Positions 36,539-46,897 of a stretch of DNA of 64,000 bases are shown piece after piece. The DNA is from an uncultured Desulfarculus sp. (lineage in GTDB: Bacteria; Desulfobacterota; Desulfarculia; Desulfarculales; Desulfarculaceae). The translations under genes and the position numbers were made by a program. The stretch's first letter is position 1; each line of letters starts with the position of its first letter. A model generated the notes under the pieces. That model had not been told where the DNA came from. It made no database searches and worked only from the letters and a program-made list of their open reading frames with translations. Where the stretch lies: NCBI GenBank assembly GCA_963665125.2, contig CAXXUK010000002.1, positions 416,001-480,000 of the forward strand, in the 5' to 3' direction.

Positions 36539-37252
36539 ATGGCATATGTTTTTGGATATCCGGAGCAAAAGCCGCTGAAGCAGGATCTGATCACCCTGGG
36601 CATCCTGTTGGCTGTCCCGGCGGTGGTCATCAGCATGATGTTCGACGCATCGGGAGACCTGGCAACCGAGTTGGCCACGGCCGGTTCGGTGGGCGGGGCT
36701 CTGATGCTGCTTCTGCTGTTCGCCTATGCCCGGATGAACCCGAAATCATTGCAGCGGGTGTTCAAACCCCAGGCCTACCGGCGCTCCCTGGCCAGGGACA
36801 AGGCAGTGGTGGACAACCTGGCCGCCCTGGATGACACTCATTTCGTGTTCAACGACATCATTTTCGAGCTGTTCGGCGTGGAGCACATGGTCGTCTCCGA
36901 GGGCGGCATCCGGATCATCGGCAAGGTCGCCAGCGAAGATGACCTGCGGGTGGACAACAACACCCTATTCGCCGGAGACAAACCCCTGGAGACGCTCACC
37001 GGAAACACCTGGCGGATTTGCCATCTGGTCAATATCGTGTTGAAAAAGTGGTTCGAGGTGGACTATATGCCCCAGCCGGTGTTGGTCACGCCCCGGAAAG
37101 ATCAAAGCAAGATCCGCGATTTCGACGGCATCGCCATCGTAAGTAGCGACGAGTTGCCCGGACTGTTCAACAACGGCGGCCAGGCCCTGAAGCCCGAAGC
37201 GGCCGCCGGTTTCGCCAAGTTTGTGAAGGAACGCTATGCACCGCACAAGTAA
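36539..37252 (+). CDS. Membrane-anchored NERD-like (nuclease-related domain) protein
   Basis: Two N-terminal TM segments, then L..THFVFNDI...VEHMVVSEGGIRII, resembling the NERD pattern in degenerate form. Confidence 0.6.
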   Translation: MAYVFGYPEQKPLKQDLITLGILLAVPAVVISMMFDASGDLATELATAGSVGGALMLLLLFAYARMNPKSLQRVFKPQAYRRSLARDKAVVDNLAALDDTHFVFNDIIFELFGVEHMVVSEGGIRIIGKVASEDDLRVDNNTLFAGDKPLETLTGNTWRICHLVNIVLKKWFEVDYMPQPVLVTPRKDQSKIRDFDGIAIVSSDELPGLFNNGGQALKPEAAAGFAKFVKERYAPHK

Positions 37253-37604
37253 GGTCGCATTCGCCGAGATGCCCCTCGAGGCCAAGGCCGGCATGATTCT
37301 GCTGCCCCTGGCCTGGCTGAGTTTCCTGATTTGCCAGGCCCTGGTCAGCGGCGCCTTGTCCATGGTTCAACTGACCATGGCCGGGCTGTGCTGCATGCTG
37401 GTTTTCACCCAAAAAAGCTGGGCCCGCTGGCTCTGCGGGATCTACAACGCCGTATTGGCGGCCTCCATGTTCAGCCAGGGGCCGGCGGCCTTTGGCGGCG
37501 TGTTGCCCATGGCGGCCATTGTCAGCCTGTTTTCCCTGGCCACCCTGGCCCTGCTTTTGCCCGGCACGGCGGCGGCTTTTCGCCAGGCTGCCCAAAAACA
37601 ATAG
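37236..37604 (+). CDS. Hypothetical membrane protein
   Basis: About four hydrophobic segments; overlaps the previous gene; alternative start at 37269. Confidence 0.65.
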   Translation: MHRTSKVAFAEMPLEAKAGMILLPLAWLSFLICQALVSGALSMVQLTMAGLCCMLVFTQKSWARWLCGIYNAVLAASMFSQGPAAFGGVLPMAAIVSLFSLATLALLLPGTAAAFRQAAQKQ

Positions 37605-37947
37605 GGTCGCGGGGCGGTCCGCGCCGCCTATTGGCTATATTTGGCGCTGACCGGGTTTTTTGTTAGGCTCGAGACGCCCCATTGTTGTCTAAAAAAAATG
37701 GCATGTCGTCAACTATATGAATATATAGTATTTTATGGTCTTTAACATGTTTCCGCTTATTACGGCCGGTTTCTCAAAATTATCACCTAAAAAGCAATTT
37801 ACGCTTTGCATGCCTCTTAAAAATCGACTAAATTATCACGTTGGGTTGAGGAGCCCCCGCCTCTGGTTTGGCGCTCAAGAGGCTTTGGGGGCTTGATTGT
37901 TAAGCACCACGCAGGGTTGCCCTGGCTCTGGATTTACTGCAATGAAC

Positions 37948-38430
37948 ATGAAAAGACTGTCTTACCTTTGGATTTGCCTTCTGGTTATTTTATTCGCTAT
38001 AGCGGCCGCCTCATGTGGCGGCGGTGGCGGTGGTGGCGGCTCGACGCCAACCCCGACACCTACCGCGACAGCCACCGTGGACCCGACGTTCACCATGACC
38101 GACTTTGCCGGCACGTGGACTTACGCTGCGGGTGCCTTTACTGGCACCATGACTTTCAACAGCGCGGGTACGGCTGTAAACGTTACGGTTAATGAATGTG
38201 GTACGACCCACTACAACGTAATGAACTATGTGGACAACAGCGGCACATATGGCTACAACATGTTCATTAGGGTTTATGGCTTCTGTAATCAGCCGACATA
38301 CCTAATGAAATTCGCCTTGAACTCATCCGCGGACAAGCAGTCCGGCACGGGCATCGCCGACCTTCATTACAACGGCGACGGCAGCGCCTACACGCGCTAC
38401 AGCTGCACCATGGTCAAGGAATCCGACTAG
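37948..38430 (+). CDS. Lipoprotein with Gly and Pro/Thr linker and a small C-terminal beta domain
   Basis: MKR + hydrophobic core + AASC lipobox, poly-Gly, TPTPTPT; C-terminal domain similar to 62420..62998. Confidence 0.8.
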   Translation: MKRLSYLWICLLVILFAIAAASCGGGGGGGGSTPTPTPTATATVDPTFTMTDFAGTWTYAAGAFTGTMTFNSAGTAVNVTVNECGTTHYNVMNYVDNSGTYGYNMFIRVYGFCNQPTYLMKFALNSSADKQSGTGIADLHYNGDGSAYTRYSCTMVKESD

Positions 38431-38452
38431 CACCTAAAGACGTATACTTTTG

Positions 38453-38490
38453 GCGGGCGCGGGTATCACATATCCGCGCCCGCTTTTTTT
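38453..38490 (+). terminator. Intrinsic terminator
   Basis: GCGGGCGCGG..CCGCGCCCGC followed by T7. Confidence 0.88.
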
Positions 38491-38572
38491 GCGGCCAAGG
38501 CCGGCCGGTCCTAAAGCCGAACGCGCGGCATCCGCCGCAATAATCAGTTGAAAACGAGAGAGAAGAATTTGC

Positions 38573-38605
38573 TTGACTAAACAGTTTAGGTGCTATACCG
38601 TTTAG
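38573..38605 (+). promoter_or_regulatory. Sigma70 promoter overlapped by two MarR-type operators
   Basis: TTGACT-N17-TACCGT; palindromes CTAAAC-A-GTTTAG (38577-38589) and CTATAC-C-GTTTAG (38593-38605). Confidence 0.65.
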
Positions 38606-38607
38606 CT

Positions 38608-39072
38608 ATGAATGATCTGCACCAACACATCGGACAGCTGAACGCCCATCTGACCAGGGTGGTCAACAAGTTCAAGGCCCTGGATAAAAAGGGCGCTGAT
38701 TTCGGCACTGGCGACATCCTGGGGCCCCAGGAGATCCACGCCATCGAGGCCATCGGTAAGGGCTGGTGCCGCACGGCAAACGATCTGGTGGAGCACTTTG
38801 CCGTCACCAAGGGAGCCGTGAGCCAGGTCCTGGCCAAGCTGGAAAAGCGGGAATACCTGACCCGCAGGCGCAACCCCGAATTCGGCAAGGAAAAGCTCAT
38901 GGAGCTGACCCCAAAGGGCCAAAGGGCCTTTGACGGCCACGAGGCCTTTCACCGGGAAATGGATTCGGACGTCACGGACCAACTGGCCAAAATGGGCGTC
39001 AAGGGCGTCGATGAAATGGACAAACTGTTGAGCTTGCTGGAACAACACATCGACAAATATCTGAATAGGTAA
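38608..39072 (+). CDS. MarR family transcriptional regulator
   Basis: EIHAIEAIG, VTKGAVSQVLAKLEKREYL, LTPKG winged-helix pattern. Confidence 0.9.
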   Translation: MNDLHQHIGQLNAHLTRVVNKFKALDKKGADFGTGDILGPQEIHAIEAIGKGWCRTANDLVEHFAVTKGAVSQVLAKLEKREYLTRRRNPEFGKEKLMELTPKGQRAFDGHEAFHREMDSDVTDQLAKMGVKGVDEMDKLLSLLEQHIDKYLNR

Positions 39073-39099
39073 TTTGAAACCTGCGCCGGGAGGCGAATC

Positions 39100-40365
39100 A
39101 TGAAAAAAACGCTGATTATTTGTCTTGTTTTACTGGCCGTGGTTGCCGGCTGGATTTTGCTGAGCCCGGCGGACAATGGCGTGTTGCGGCTTTACGACGA
39201 CCAGGCCTATCACTATCAGGCCTTGCGGGCCCTGAACCATATCCCCTTTGGCGGAGCCGACGCCAATGAGGTGCTGGTGACCATTTCTCGGATACCCCAG
39301 GGCGACGACGAGGCTTGGTTCCAAGAGTGGGAGCGCACGGCCAAGCGCCTGGAGCAAAAGGCCCATGGTTATAAGGATTCCTTTTCCAAGGGCCGGGCCC
39401 TGTTGCGGGCCCATAATTACTTTCGCACCGCCGAATTTTTCATGGACCCCAAGGACCCCCGCAAGGTCCCGGCCTATGACAATTCCAGCCGGGCGTTCTA
39501 TCAAGGCCTGGACGCCCTGGGCGTGCCCTACGAGATCATCGAGATTCCCTACGGCGAATACAAGCTCAAAGCGGTCTACTACAGCGCCGGGCCAAAGGCC
39601 AAGGATAAATCGCTGGTCATGGCCTGCGGCGGCTATGACTCCACCCTGGAGGAGATGTATTTCACCATTGCCGCGGCCTGCCTGGAGCGGGGCTACGACT
39701 GCCTGACCTATGAGGGGCCGGGCCAGAGTTCGGTGATCCGCAAACAGGGCCTGCAATTCACCCCGGAGTGGGAAAAGCCCACCACCGCCGTGCTGGATGA
39801 ATTCCTCAAGCAGCACCCCACGGACCAGAAGATCGTCCTGGTGGGCATGAGCCTGGGCGGTTATCTGGCTCCCAGGGCGGCGGCTTATGAAAAGCGCATC
39901 AACGGGGTGGTGGCCTTTGATGTGTGCTACGATTTTCAGGAAGCGGCACTGATGCAGATACCGGCGGCGCTGCGCTGGCTGGCCGACACGGGCATGAGCG
40001 GAGTGGTGGATTTTCTGGTCAGCATAAAGGGTAAAATGACCCCCGGTGTGCGTTGGGGCGTCAACAACGCCAAATGGACCATGGGCGCCCGGAGCGCCTC
40101 GGACATGCTGAAAATTTTTGATCAATACAACCTGCGGGATGTTTCCAAGGACATCACCTGCGACGTGCTTATCGTGGCCGGCGATGAAGACCACTTCTTC
40201 CCGGTGGAGCAGGTGCAAAAGTTCAAGGACGCCCTGACCAACGCCCGCAGCGTGGAAACCCTGATCTACAACCGCCGGGACGGCGGCCACGAGCACTGCC
40301 AGATGGGGGCCATGCAGTCGTATCAGGAAGACCTGTTCGAGTGGATTTCCGCCACCATCAAGTAA
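39100..40365 (+). CDS. Alpha/beta hydrolase (FrsA-like) with N-terminal signal or anchor
   Basis: GGYDSTLEE, EGPGQ, nucleophile elbow GMSLGG, GDEDH, HCQMG. Confidence 0.88.
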   Translation: MKKTLIICLVLLAVVAGWILLSPADNGVLRLYDDQAYHYQALRALNHIPFGGADANEVLVTISRIPQGDDEAWFQEWERTAKRLEQKAHGYKDSFSKGRALLRAHNYFRTAEFFMDPKDPRKVPAYDNSSRAFYQGLDALGVPYEIIEIPYGEYKLKAVYYSAGPKAKDKSLVMACGGYDSTLEEMYFTIAAACLERGYDCLTYEGPGQSSVIRKQGLQFTPEWEKPTTAVLDEFLKQHPTDQKIVLVGMSLGGYLAPRAAAYEKRINGVVAFDVCYDFQEAALMQIPAALRWLADTGMSGVVDFLVSIKGKMTPGVRWGVNNAKWTMGARSASDMLKIFDQYNLRDVSKDITCDVLIVAGDEDHFFPVEQVQKFKDALTNARSVETLIYNRRDGGHEHCQMGAMQSYQEDLFEWISATIK

Positions 40366-40379
40366 ATGGTTGAACAATA

Positions 40380-40418
40380 AAAAGCGCCGGTGCCCATTTG
40401 CAAGGGTCCGGCGCTTTT
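40380..40418. terminator. Bidirectional terminator
   Basis: AAAAGCGCCGG...CCGGCGCTTTT between convergent genes. Confidence 0.8.
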
Positions 40419-40439
40419 CTGTAGCGGTTCGGGTTCGTT

Positions 40440-41069
40440 TCAGGAGTCGCTTGCGGCGAGTCCGAGGCCCGCTCCGATAAACGTGCCTCCGATGGCCCTT
40501 TGGGCATATTTGGTGAATTCCGCCCTTGAAAACAAGGCGGAAATCTTCTGGCCGCCAATGGCGTAGATCATGAAACAGATAAAGGCGATTATGCCGCAAA
40601 TGCCCAACAGATAGGCCGCCTGCCAGAATTGAATCGAACCGGTGTCTATGAACTGGGGGAATATGGCCGTGAAAAAAATAATGGCCTTGGGGTTGCCCGC
40701 AGTCACAACCGCCGACTGCATAAACAGCTTTTTATACTGTCCTTGGGTATCGCGGAGAGCCGCATCTCCGGCGGGCATGGCGAAATCCCGGGCCAAAAAA
40801 ATGCTTATTCCCATGTAGACCAGGTAAATCGCCCCGGACCACTTGATGAGCAGAAAAACCGTTTCCGACGCCAGTAAAACGGCGCCAAGACCGGCGATTG
40901 AAACGGACGCCTGGACCAGGGTCACGCTCACATTGCCCAATGCCGAGGCGGTCGTCCTCTTTGCGCCGTAGTTCATTCCATGGGTCAAGGCCAAAAGCAT
41001 GCTCGGACCCGGAATAATCGAGGCCAAAAATACGGTTGCCGAAAAAAGCAAAAGAAACTCAAGCGACAT
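40440..41069 (-). CDS. LysE/RhtB family amino-acid exporter
   Basis: IPGPSM, IKWSGAIYLVYMG, NPKAIIFF..FPQF. Confidence 0.92.
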   Translation of the reverse strand: MSLEFLLLFSATVFLASIIPGPSMLLALTHGMNYGAKRTTASALGNVSVTLVQASVSIAGLGAVLLASETVFLLIKWSGAIYLVYMGISIFLARDFAMPAGDAALRDTQGQYKKLFMQSAVVTAGNPKAIIFFTAIFPQFIDTGSIQFWQAAYLLGICGIIAFICFMIYAIGGQKISALFSRAEFTKYAQRAIGGTFIGAGLGLAASDS

Positions 41070-41166
41070 GTTGTTGCGCCTGTCCGTTGGGGGTTGCGCC
41101 GGTACCGGCCGGTTGTTATCGGGGTTAATTTATTGCCAACTTGGGCGTATTGTCAAATTCTTACCT

Positions 41167-44100
41167 TTACCTCACGCGCCTGGACTCCTGGAAATGCCGC
41201 ACCTGGTGCATGAAGGCCTCCAGGCGCATGTGGTCGCTGGCCAGCTGCTGGCCGTCCATGGACAGGGTCAGTACGGGCACGTTGCCGTTGTCTTCCCGCA
41301 GGCGCTTCATCAGGGCCGTGCAGATGTTGCCGGGCATGCAGTTGAAGGGGATCACGTTGACCACGCCGCTGGCTCCGTCCCGGTACATCTGGCTGCTCTT
41401 GCCAATGGACAGGATCGCCTCGCCTTCGTAGCTGGGGTGCAGATAGGGCCGGGCAAGGCCGAAAATCCGGCCCATTGTCGGCTCCTTGAGATTGTTGATC
41501 AGCCCCTTCCACGGTCTGGACAGATCGTGAACATCCTTGTGCTGGAACAAGTGCTCGATAAAGGTGCTCAATTGCTCCTTGCGTTTGCCCAGGCGGCGGG
41601 CCCGCCACATGCTGCAATAGTTGGTGTAGAGGACCCATTCGCCGATGGTGGGCAGCCAGGCCTGGCCACCCAGGGCCTCGATGGACCGCACCACGTGGTC
41701 ATTGGCGAAACGGTTGACCCTGGTGTAAATCTCGCCCACCACGCCGACCACGGGCTTGGGCCCGCTGCCGTTGAGGGCCAGACCCTGGAAATCCTCCCTG
41801 GCTTCCTGCATGGCCGTGCTCAGATCGCCCCGCTGTTCGATCACATCACATATGCGGGACAATTGCCGCTGATAGACTTCGTCGGCCGCGCCGGGTTTGG
41901 CCTCATAGGGCCTCTTTTCATACAGGGCCTTTTTGAGCAGATCCACCGCCACCGTGCCTTGCCAGGCCAGACGGTTGAAGCCCCCGCCGTATTGCGCTCC
42001 CATTTCCTCGTAGAGCACCTCGGACTGGTCCGGGGCGAAGATGGGCACGTCGCCATAGCCCAAGTCATCCAGGACCAGGCGTTGGAAGCGGTGGTATTGC
42101 CCGAACCGGCAGGGCCCCGTGCCAGAGGGCATGAAGAAGGCCGCCTTGTCCGCCTCGTGGCCGTTGTCCATCAGGACCTTGAGCATGTCGCCGGTGGTCA
42201 GGGCGCAGGGGTAGCATTCCCGGCCCGAAGTATAGCGGCGGCCCAACTCCAGGGTGCGCTCGTCGCTTTCGGGCATGTCCTGGGCCTCCACGCCGAAGGC
42301 CCGGAATGTGGCCACGGCGGCATGGACGTGATCGTCCATGGCCGGGATGTAGAGCTTTTTGTTTTGGATGGACATGTTGCGGCGGGCAATTTTGCGGGGC
42401 TCGGTTTGGGGCGCCGCGACGTTGGACAGCGAATCGATAAATGCCTCCAGCCGGGTGATGGCCCCCACATCGGCGGAATGCTCGTCTATCTCGATCTCCA
42501 GATAGGGTTTGCCGCCCATGGTTTGGCGGAAGAAGTGGCCGATGAAGCTGTCCGGCCCGCAGCCGAAGTTGGTGATGTACACCGGGTACAGGCGCGGGTC
42601 CCGGCGGCAGATGTTCGCGGCGGCCAGGATTTTCTGGCCGTAGCGCCAATACATCTCGGCCAGGTCCGGCTGGGGCATCAGGGCGTCCAGCTCCAGGGCG
42701 TCCATGGGCAGGGCCCATATGCCCAATTGGCGCATCTTTTGGGGCAACCCCAGGTTCAGGCCGGGGTCATAACCGTTGTAGGGGCGGCTGACCACCACCA
42801 TGGCCTTGTCCTCGGGCCCGATCCGGCTCAGGGCCTCCCTGCCACGGGCCAGCATCCAGTCCCGGAAGTCGTTTTGGGCCGCCAGCCCGGCCTCCATGGC
42901 CCGCCGCACGTTGCCGCCGCCCAGGCCCATGCGCTTTACCAACGGTTTGAGGCTTTTGAGCAACTCTTTTTGGCCAAAGCCGAAATGAATGGGCGCGGTG
43001 ATGATGTTGACGCCATTGCCCGCGAAATCAAGCCCGGCCGGGGCGGTGTAGCACAGGGTCTGGGCATAGGGGCAGACCTGGCCGTGGCCCAGTTCATGGC
43101 CCGGCGATTCCAGGGAGATGATGGCCGGCAACAGGATGTTCTTGGCCCCGTTTTCCATCAGTTCCCGCAGGTGGCCGTAGGCGACCTTGATGGGGAAGCA
43201 GGGCTCGTTGACCACCACCTCCACGCCAGCGTGGATCAGCCGCTTGTTGGACGGTCCGCTCAGCTGCACCTCCAGGCCCAAATCTTGGCAGAACGTGCTG
43301 AAAAAGGGCAGAAACTCCCGGAAGAACATGGCCCTGGGGATGGCCACGGCGCCTTTTTGCTTTTTGGGGTCCACGGGCTGGACATAGGAAAGCAGGCGAT
43401 CTTCCCGCTCGGCGAACAGGTCGGGCATGTCCTTGCCCAGGTCGCTGCGCCGGTCCACATCGTATTTTTCGCAACGCGAGCCATAGAACAGGGGTTGTTT
43501 TTCACCCTGGACCTTGACCTTGCGGATGGAGCAGGTGTTGGGGCAGCCGTTGCACTCGAAGATGCTTATGTCGTAGCCGGTCTCGGATACGTCGAAGCCC
43601 TTGAATCTGCTTTTTTCCCAGGTGCGTTCGCGCATGGCCAGGATGGCCGCGCCGATGGCCCCGGTGACGTCGTGATATTCGGGCACGGTTATCTTGCGGC
43701 CCAGCACGGCCTCGAAGGCGGCCACGATGCCCTTGTTGGCGGCCGTGGCTCCCTGATAGAAGATGTTTTTGCCGACGGTCCGGTCTTCGACGACCTTGTT
43801 GAGATAGTTGTGCACAATGGCGTAGGACAGCCCGGCCACCAGGTCGTCCAGGCCCACCCCGGCGGCCTGGTGGGCCACCAGGTCCGACTCCATGAACACG
43901 GTGCATCGTTCGCCCATGGCCACCGGAGCTGGTGCGTCCAGGGCCCGCTGGCCGAATTCGTCCTTGATCTTGATGCCCAGCTTTTCGGCCTGCTCCTCCA
44001 GGAAGGAGCCCGTGCCCGCCGCGCAGACCTTGTTCATGTTGAAATCGACGATGGCCCCGTTGGATAGGGAGATGAACTTGGAGTCCTGGCCGCCGATCTC

Positions 44101-45351
44101 GAAGATGGTGTCCACCTTGGGGTCGATGGCCGCCGCCGCCGTGGCCTGGGCGGTTATTTCGTTTTTGACCAGGTCGCCGCCGATGAAGTCGGCCGTGAGG
44201 AAACGGCCGCTGCCCGTGGTGCAGACGCCCAGGATCTCCACCCTGCCGCCGATCTCCCGGCCCACGGCGGCCAGACCCTGCTTGACGGCGTCCAGGGGGC
44301 GGCCCGCAGTCATCAGGTATTGCCTGCTGAGCACATTGACGTCTTCGTCGATGACCACGACGTTGGTGGATATGGAACCCACGTCCACCCCCAGATAGCC
44401 CCGCAGCGGGCCCTGGTCCGGTATGCGCTGTTCGGATTTGGGCGCTTGGCGGCTCTGGGTCAGCGGCTTGAGGCGTCTGGCCTTTTGGGCCCCCCGGCCA
44501 ACCTGGCGTTCCAGTTCCTCCAGACCGGCCATGGACCGGCGCTCGCCCTTGGACCGGGCCTCCAGGGCCGCGCCCAGAGCCCCCACGCAGCCGTGCATCT
44601 CCGGGACGATCAACTGCTCCTGGTCCAGTTCCAGTACCTCGGCCAGGGCCCGGCGCACGCCGAGATTGGCCGCCACGCCCCCGGTGAAGCACACCGGCGG
44701 GATGATCCGCTTGCCCTTGGCGATGTTGGATTTGAGGTTGCGGGCCACGGCAAAACACAGACCGGCCATGATGTCATGAACCGGCGTGGCCTCCTGTTGC
44801 AGATGGATCATGTCGGTCTTGGCGAACACCGAGCAGCGCCCGGCCAGCCTGGGCGGATTCTGGCTTTTCAGGGCCTCGGCGCTGAATTGTTCTATGCCGT
44901 AGCCCAGGCGGTGGCACTGCTGGTCCAGAAAAGAACCCGTGCCCGCGGCGCACATGGTGTTCATGGCGAAATCGTCGATATACAGTCCGCCCTGGCCGTC
45001 GGGCGAAACCAGGATCAGCTTGGCGTCCTCGCCGCCCATGTCGATCACGGCCCGCGCCTCCGGGTGGAGCATGCCCACGCCGGTGGCCAGAGCCATGATT
45101 TCGTTGGTGCGTCCGGCGTTGAGCAGTGGGGCCAGGCTGTCGGCTCCGCTGCCGGTAACGCAGCAGGCGGCAATATCTTGAGCTGGATATTTTTGGAATA
45201 TTTGGCCAAGGACATCACGGGCCGTTTCCAACGGACGGCCCATTATGCGGGTGTACTGGCTCCACAACACCCTGCCGTCCCGGTCGAGAACAACCGAATC
45301 CAGGCTGACCGAAGCCAAATCCAAACCCAACCAAAGATCCCCCATCTCCAT
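41167..45351 (-). CDS. Multidomain acyl-CoA dehydratase activase-like protein (2x BadF/BadG/BcrA/BcrD ATPase + DUF2229/dehydratase-like domains)
   Basis: Two ASKHA modules (IDMGGEDAK/FEIGGQDSK, CAAGTGSF, RCSVF/RCTVF), linker CNGCPNTC, then PCFPIK, FGCGPD, ECYP, GPCRFGQY, PFNCMP. Confidence 0.9.
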   Translation of the reverse strand: MEMGDLWLGLDLASVSLDSVVLDRDGRVLWSQYTRIMGRPLETARDVLGQIFQKYPAQDIAACCVTGSGADSLAPLLNAGRTNEIMALATGVGMLHPEARAVIDMGGEDAKLILVSPDGQGGLYIDDFAMNTMCAAGTGSFLDQQCHRLGYGIEQFSAEALKSQNPPRLAGRCSVFAKTDMIHLQQEATPVHDIMAGLCFAVARNLKSNIAKGKRIIPPVCFTGGVAANLGVRRALAEVLELDQEQLIVPEMHGCVGALGAALEARSKGERRSMAGLEELERQVGRGAQKARRLKPLTQSRQAPKSEQRIPDQGPLRGYLGVDVGSISTNVVVIDEDVNVLSRQYLMTAGRPLDAVKQGLAAVGREIGGRVEILGVCTTGSGRFLTADFIGGDLVKNEITAQATAAAAIDPKVDTIFEIGGQDSKFISLSNGAIVDFNMNKVCAAGTGSFLEEQAEKLGIKIKDEFGQRALDAPAPVAMGERCTVFMESDLVAHQAAGVGLDDLVAGLSYAIVHNYLNKVVEDRTVGKNIFYQGATAANKGIVAAFEAVLGRKITVPEYHDVTGAIGAAILAMRERTWEKSRFKGFDVSETGYDISIFECNGCPNTCSIRKVKVQGEKQPLFYGSRCEKYDVDRRSDLGKDMPDLFAEREDRLLSYVQPVDPKKQKGAVAIPRAMFFREFLPFFSTFCQDLGLEVQLSGPSNKRLIHAGVEVVVNEPCFPIKVAYGHLRELMENGAKNILLPAIISLESPGHELGHGQVCPYAQTLCYTAPAGLDFAGNGVNIITAPIHFGFGQKELLKSLKPLVKRMGLGGGNVRRAMEAGLAAQNDFRDWMLARGREALSRIGPEDKAMVVVSRPYNGYDPGLNLGLPQKMRQLGIWALPMDALELDALMPQPDLAEMYWRYGQKILAAANICRRDPRLYPVYITNFGCGPDSFIGHFFRQTMGGKPYLEIEIDEHSADVGAITRLEAFIDSLSNVAAPQTEPRKIARRNMSIQNKKLYIPAMDDHVHAAVATFRAFGVEAQDMPESDERTLELGRRYTSGRECYPCALTTGDMLKVLMDNGHEADKAAFFMPSGTGPCRFGQYHRFQRLVLDDLGYGDVPIFAPDQSEVLYEEMGAQYGGGFNRLAWQGTVAVDLLKKALYEKRPYEAKPGAADEVYQRQLSRICDVIEQRGDLSTAMQEAREDFQGLALNGSGPKPVVGVVGEIYTRVNRFANDHVVRSIEALGGQAWLPTIGEWVLYTNYCSMWRARRLGKRKEQLSTFIEHLFQHKDVHDLSRPWKGLINNLKEPTMGRIFGLARPYLHPSYEGEAILSIGKSSQMYRDGASGVVNVIPFNCMPGNICTALMKRLREDNGNVPVLTLSMDGQQLASDHMRLEAFMHQVRHFQESRRVR

Positions 45352-45703
45352 TTTCTCCAGTTTGAATGCTTTAGGTGCGCCGAAGAAGCGGTCAATTAAT
45401 CATGAACTATTATTAAGCGATTGTGAAGGCTTGGAAAAGGGGCTTCCTCGATAACACGAGAAAAAATTCAAAGCTGCCAGGCGCCCGGGTCGTTTGCCGC
45501 CGGTTTTTGGAACGGGTGTGGCCTTGCTATTTGAAAAAAAAGCCGATGGGCCGCAACATCTCCTTATAATTAAGATATCAGCGAACATCATTGAGAATTC
45601 CACCGGATATACGGATATGAGGTGAGGTGGTTGTCAGGGTGTATGGTGTCGCGTTCTGGTCCTGCTTAATTGGCAGGGCGCCCAACAGACAAGCGGGTGA
45701 TGT

Positions 45704-46897
45704 ATGAAGCCTCCCCAGAGCAAGAGACAACGGATGAATGAGATTTTAAAACACGGCCAAAGAAACAAATATTTCTTCATTACCGCCGCGACATTGCTAC
45801 CCATTGTATCGTTATTGTTATTTGTCTTTGTTACCTCCTACCATCCGGTTTTTACGACAATGGAAAAAATAGTACAAAAATCACTGGGGGAAATAGAACC
45901 GCTGCGTAATTTGCAGGTGGCCCTATTGAATGCGGGAATGCCACCCAATGACTATCTGATTCATGGTAATGACCTGGAAAAGCAATACTGGGAAGAGTCT
46001 AAAAGCCAGGTTGACGCCGCCTTTGCCATTGCGCTGAAAACCCATTATGCGGGGCCAAAAAAAACTACCGTTGTCCAGTTGCGAAAACAGTGGCAAGAGT
46101 CGGCCTCAATGGGGGACAGGTTGTTTGAGGGGGCCAAGACCAACTGCGTACCGGCCGAAAAGGGCGATGCCATGGAGCGGTTTGACCATAGCCTGTTTTT
46201 GATTTCACAACAACTGGAGGAGGTCGTCGGTCAGTTGCAACAAGAGGCCCATGAACACCATGCCCAGGTTGAAAAACTGCGGTATAAAGGCCTGATTATC
46301 ACAATTTCGGCAATAATCTTGGGCCTTTTGACAGGCATAGGCGGCAGCGTATGGCTGACCCGGGCCCGGAAGAAGATGGTGGCAATATCTTTGTATGACA
46401 CCCTCACCGGAATACTGAACAGGCGTGCCCTTGATGTAAAGCTGGACCAAATTCACAATGACTACCAGGCCACAGCATCGCCGGGGTTCTCCGTGCTTCT
46501 TCTGGACATCGACCATTTCAAGAAAGTCAACGACCAATACGGCCATGATGCCGGTGATGTTGTGTTGAATTCATTTGCCCAGCAAACCGGTAAAATGATC
46601 CGCAGCAATGATGTTTTCGGCCGCTTTGGCGGAGAAGAATTTCTGGTGTTGCTGCCGGAAACGGATATGGACAAGGCGGCGCTGTTGGCCGAGCGCATCC
46701 GCAAGGGGATTGAGGAAACCGCCATCTGGATTCCAGGCGTTGAGGGGCGCATCGAAATAACGGTCAGCATCGGGTGCGCTAGTTCCGCAGGAAAAGGCCT
46801 CTCCGTGCACGAAATAGTTCAGGCTGCCGATAAGGCCATGTATCAGGCTAAAAACACGGGACGAAACCGGGTGGTTTGCGCCTCCATGGATGCGTAG
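45704..46897 (+). CDS. Membrane-bound diguanylate cyclase (GGDEF)
   Basis: Two TM segments around a helical periplasmic domain; DTLTGILNRR, DIDHFK.VND.YGH, RSND I-site, GGEEF. Start may be 45734. Confidence 0.93.
   Translation: MKPPQSKRQRMNEILKHGQRNKYFFITAATLLPIVSLLLFVFVTSYHPVFTTMEKIVQKSLGEIEPLRNLQVALLNAGMPPNDYLIHGNDLEKQYWEESKSQVDAAFAIALKTHYAGPKKTTVVQLRKQWQESASMGDRLFEGAKTNCVPAEKGDAMERFDHSLFLISQQLEEVVGQLQQEAHEHHAQVEKLRYKGLIITISAIILGLLTGIGGSVWLTRARKKMVAISLYDTLTGILNRRALDVKLDQIHNDYQATASPGFSVLLLDIDHFKKVNDQYGHDAGDVVLNSFAQQTGKMIRSNDVFGRFGGEEFLVLLPETDMDKAALLAERIRKGIEETAIWIPGVEGRIEITVSIGCASSAGKGLSVHEIVQAADKAMYQAKNTGRNRVVCASMDA

Noticed and set aside
40999..44067. 1022-aa ORF on the + strand
   Set aside because: Antisense shadow of the activase-like gene, typical of high-GC3 coding DNA; no motifs.
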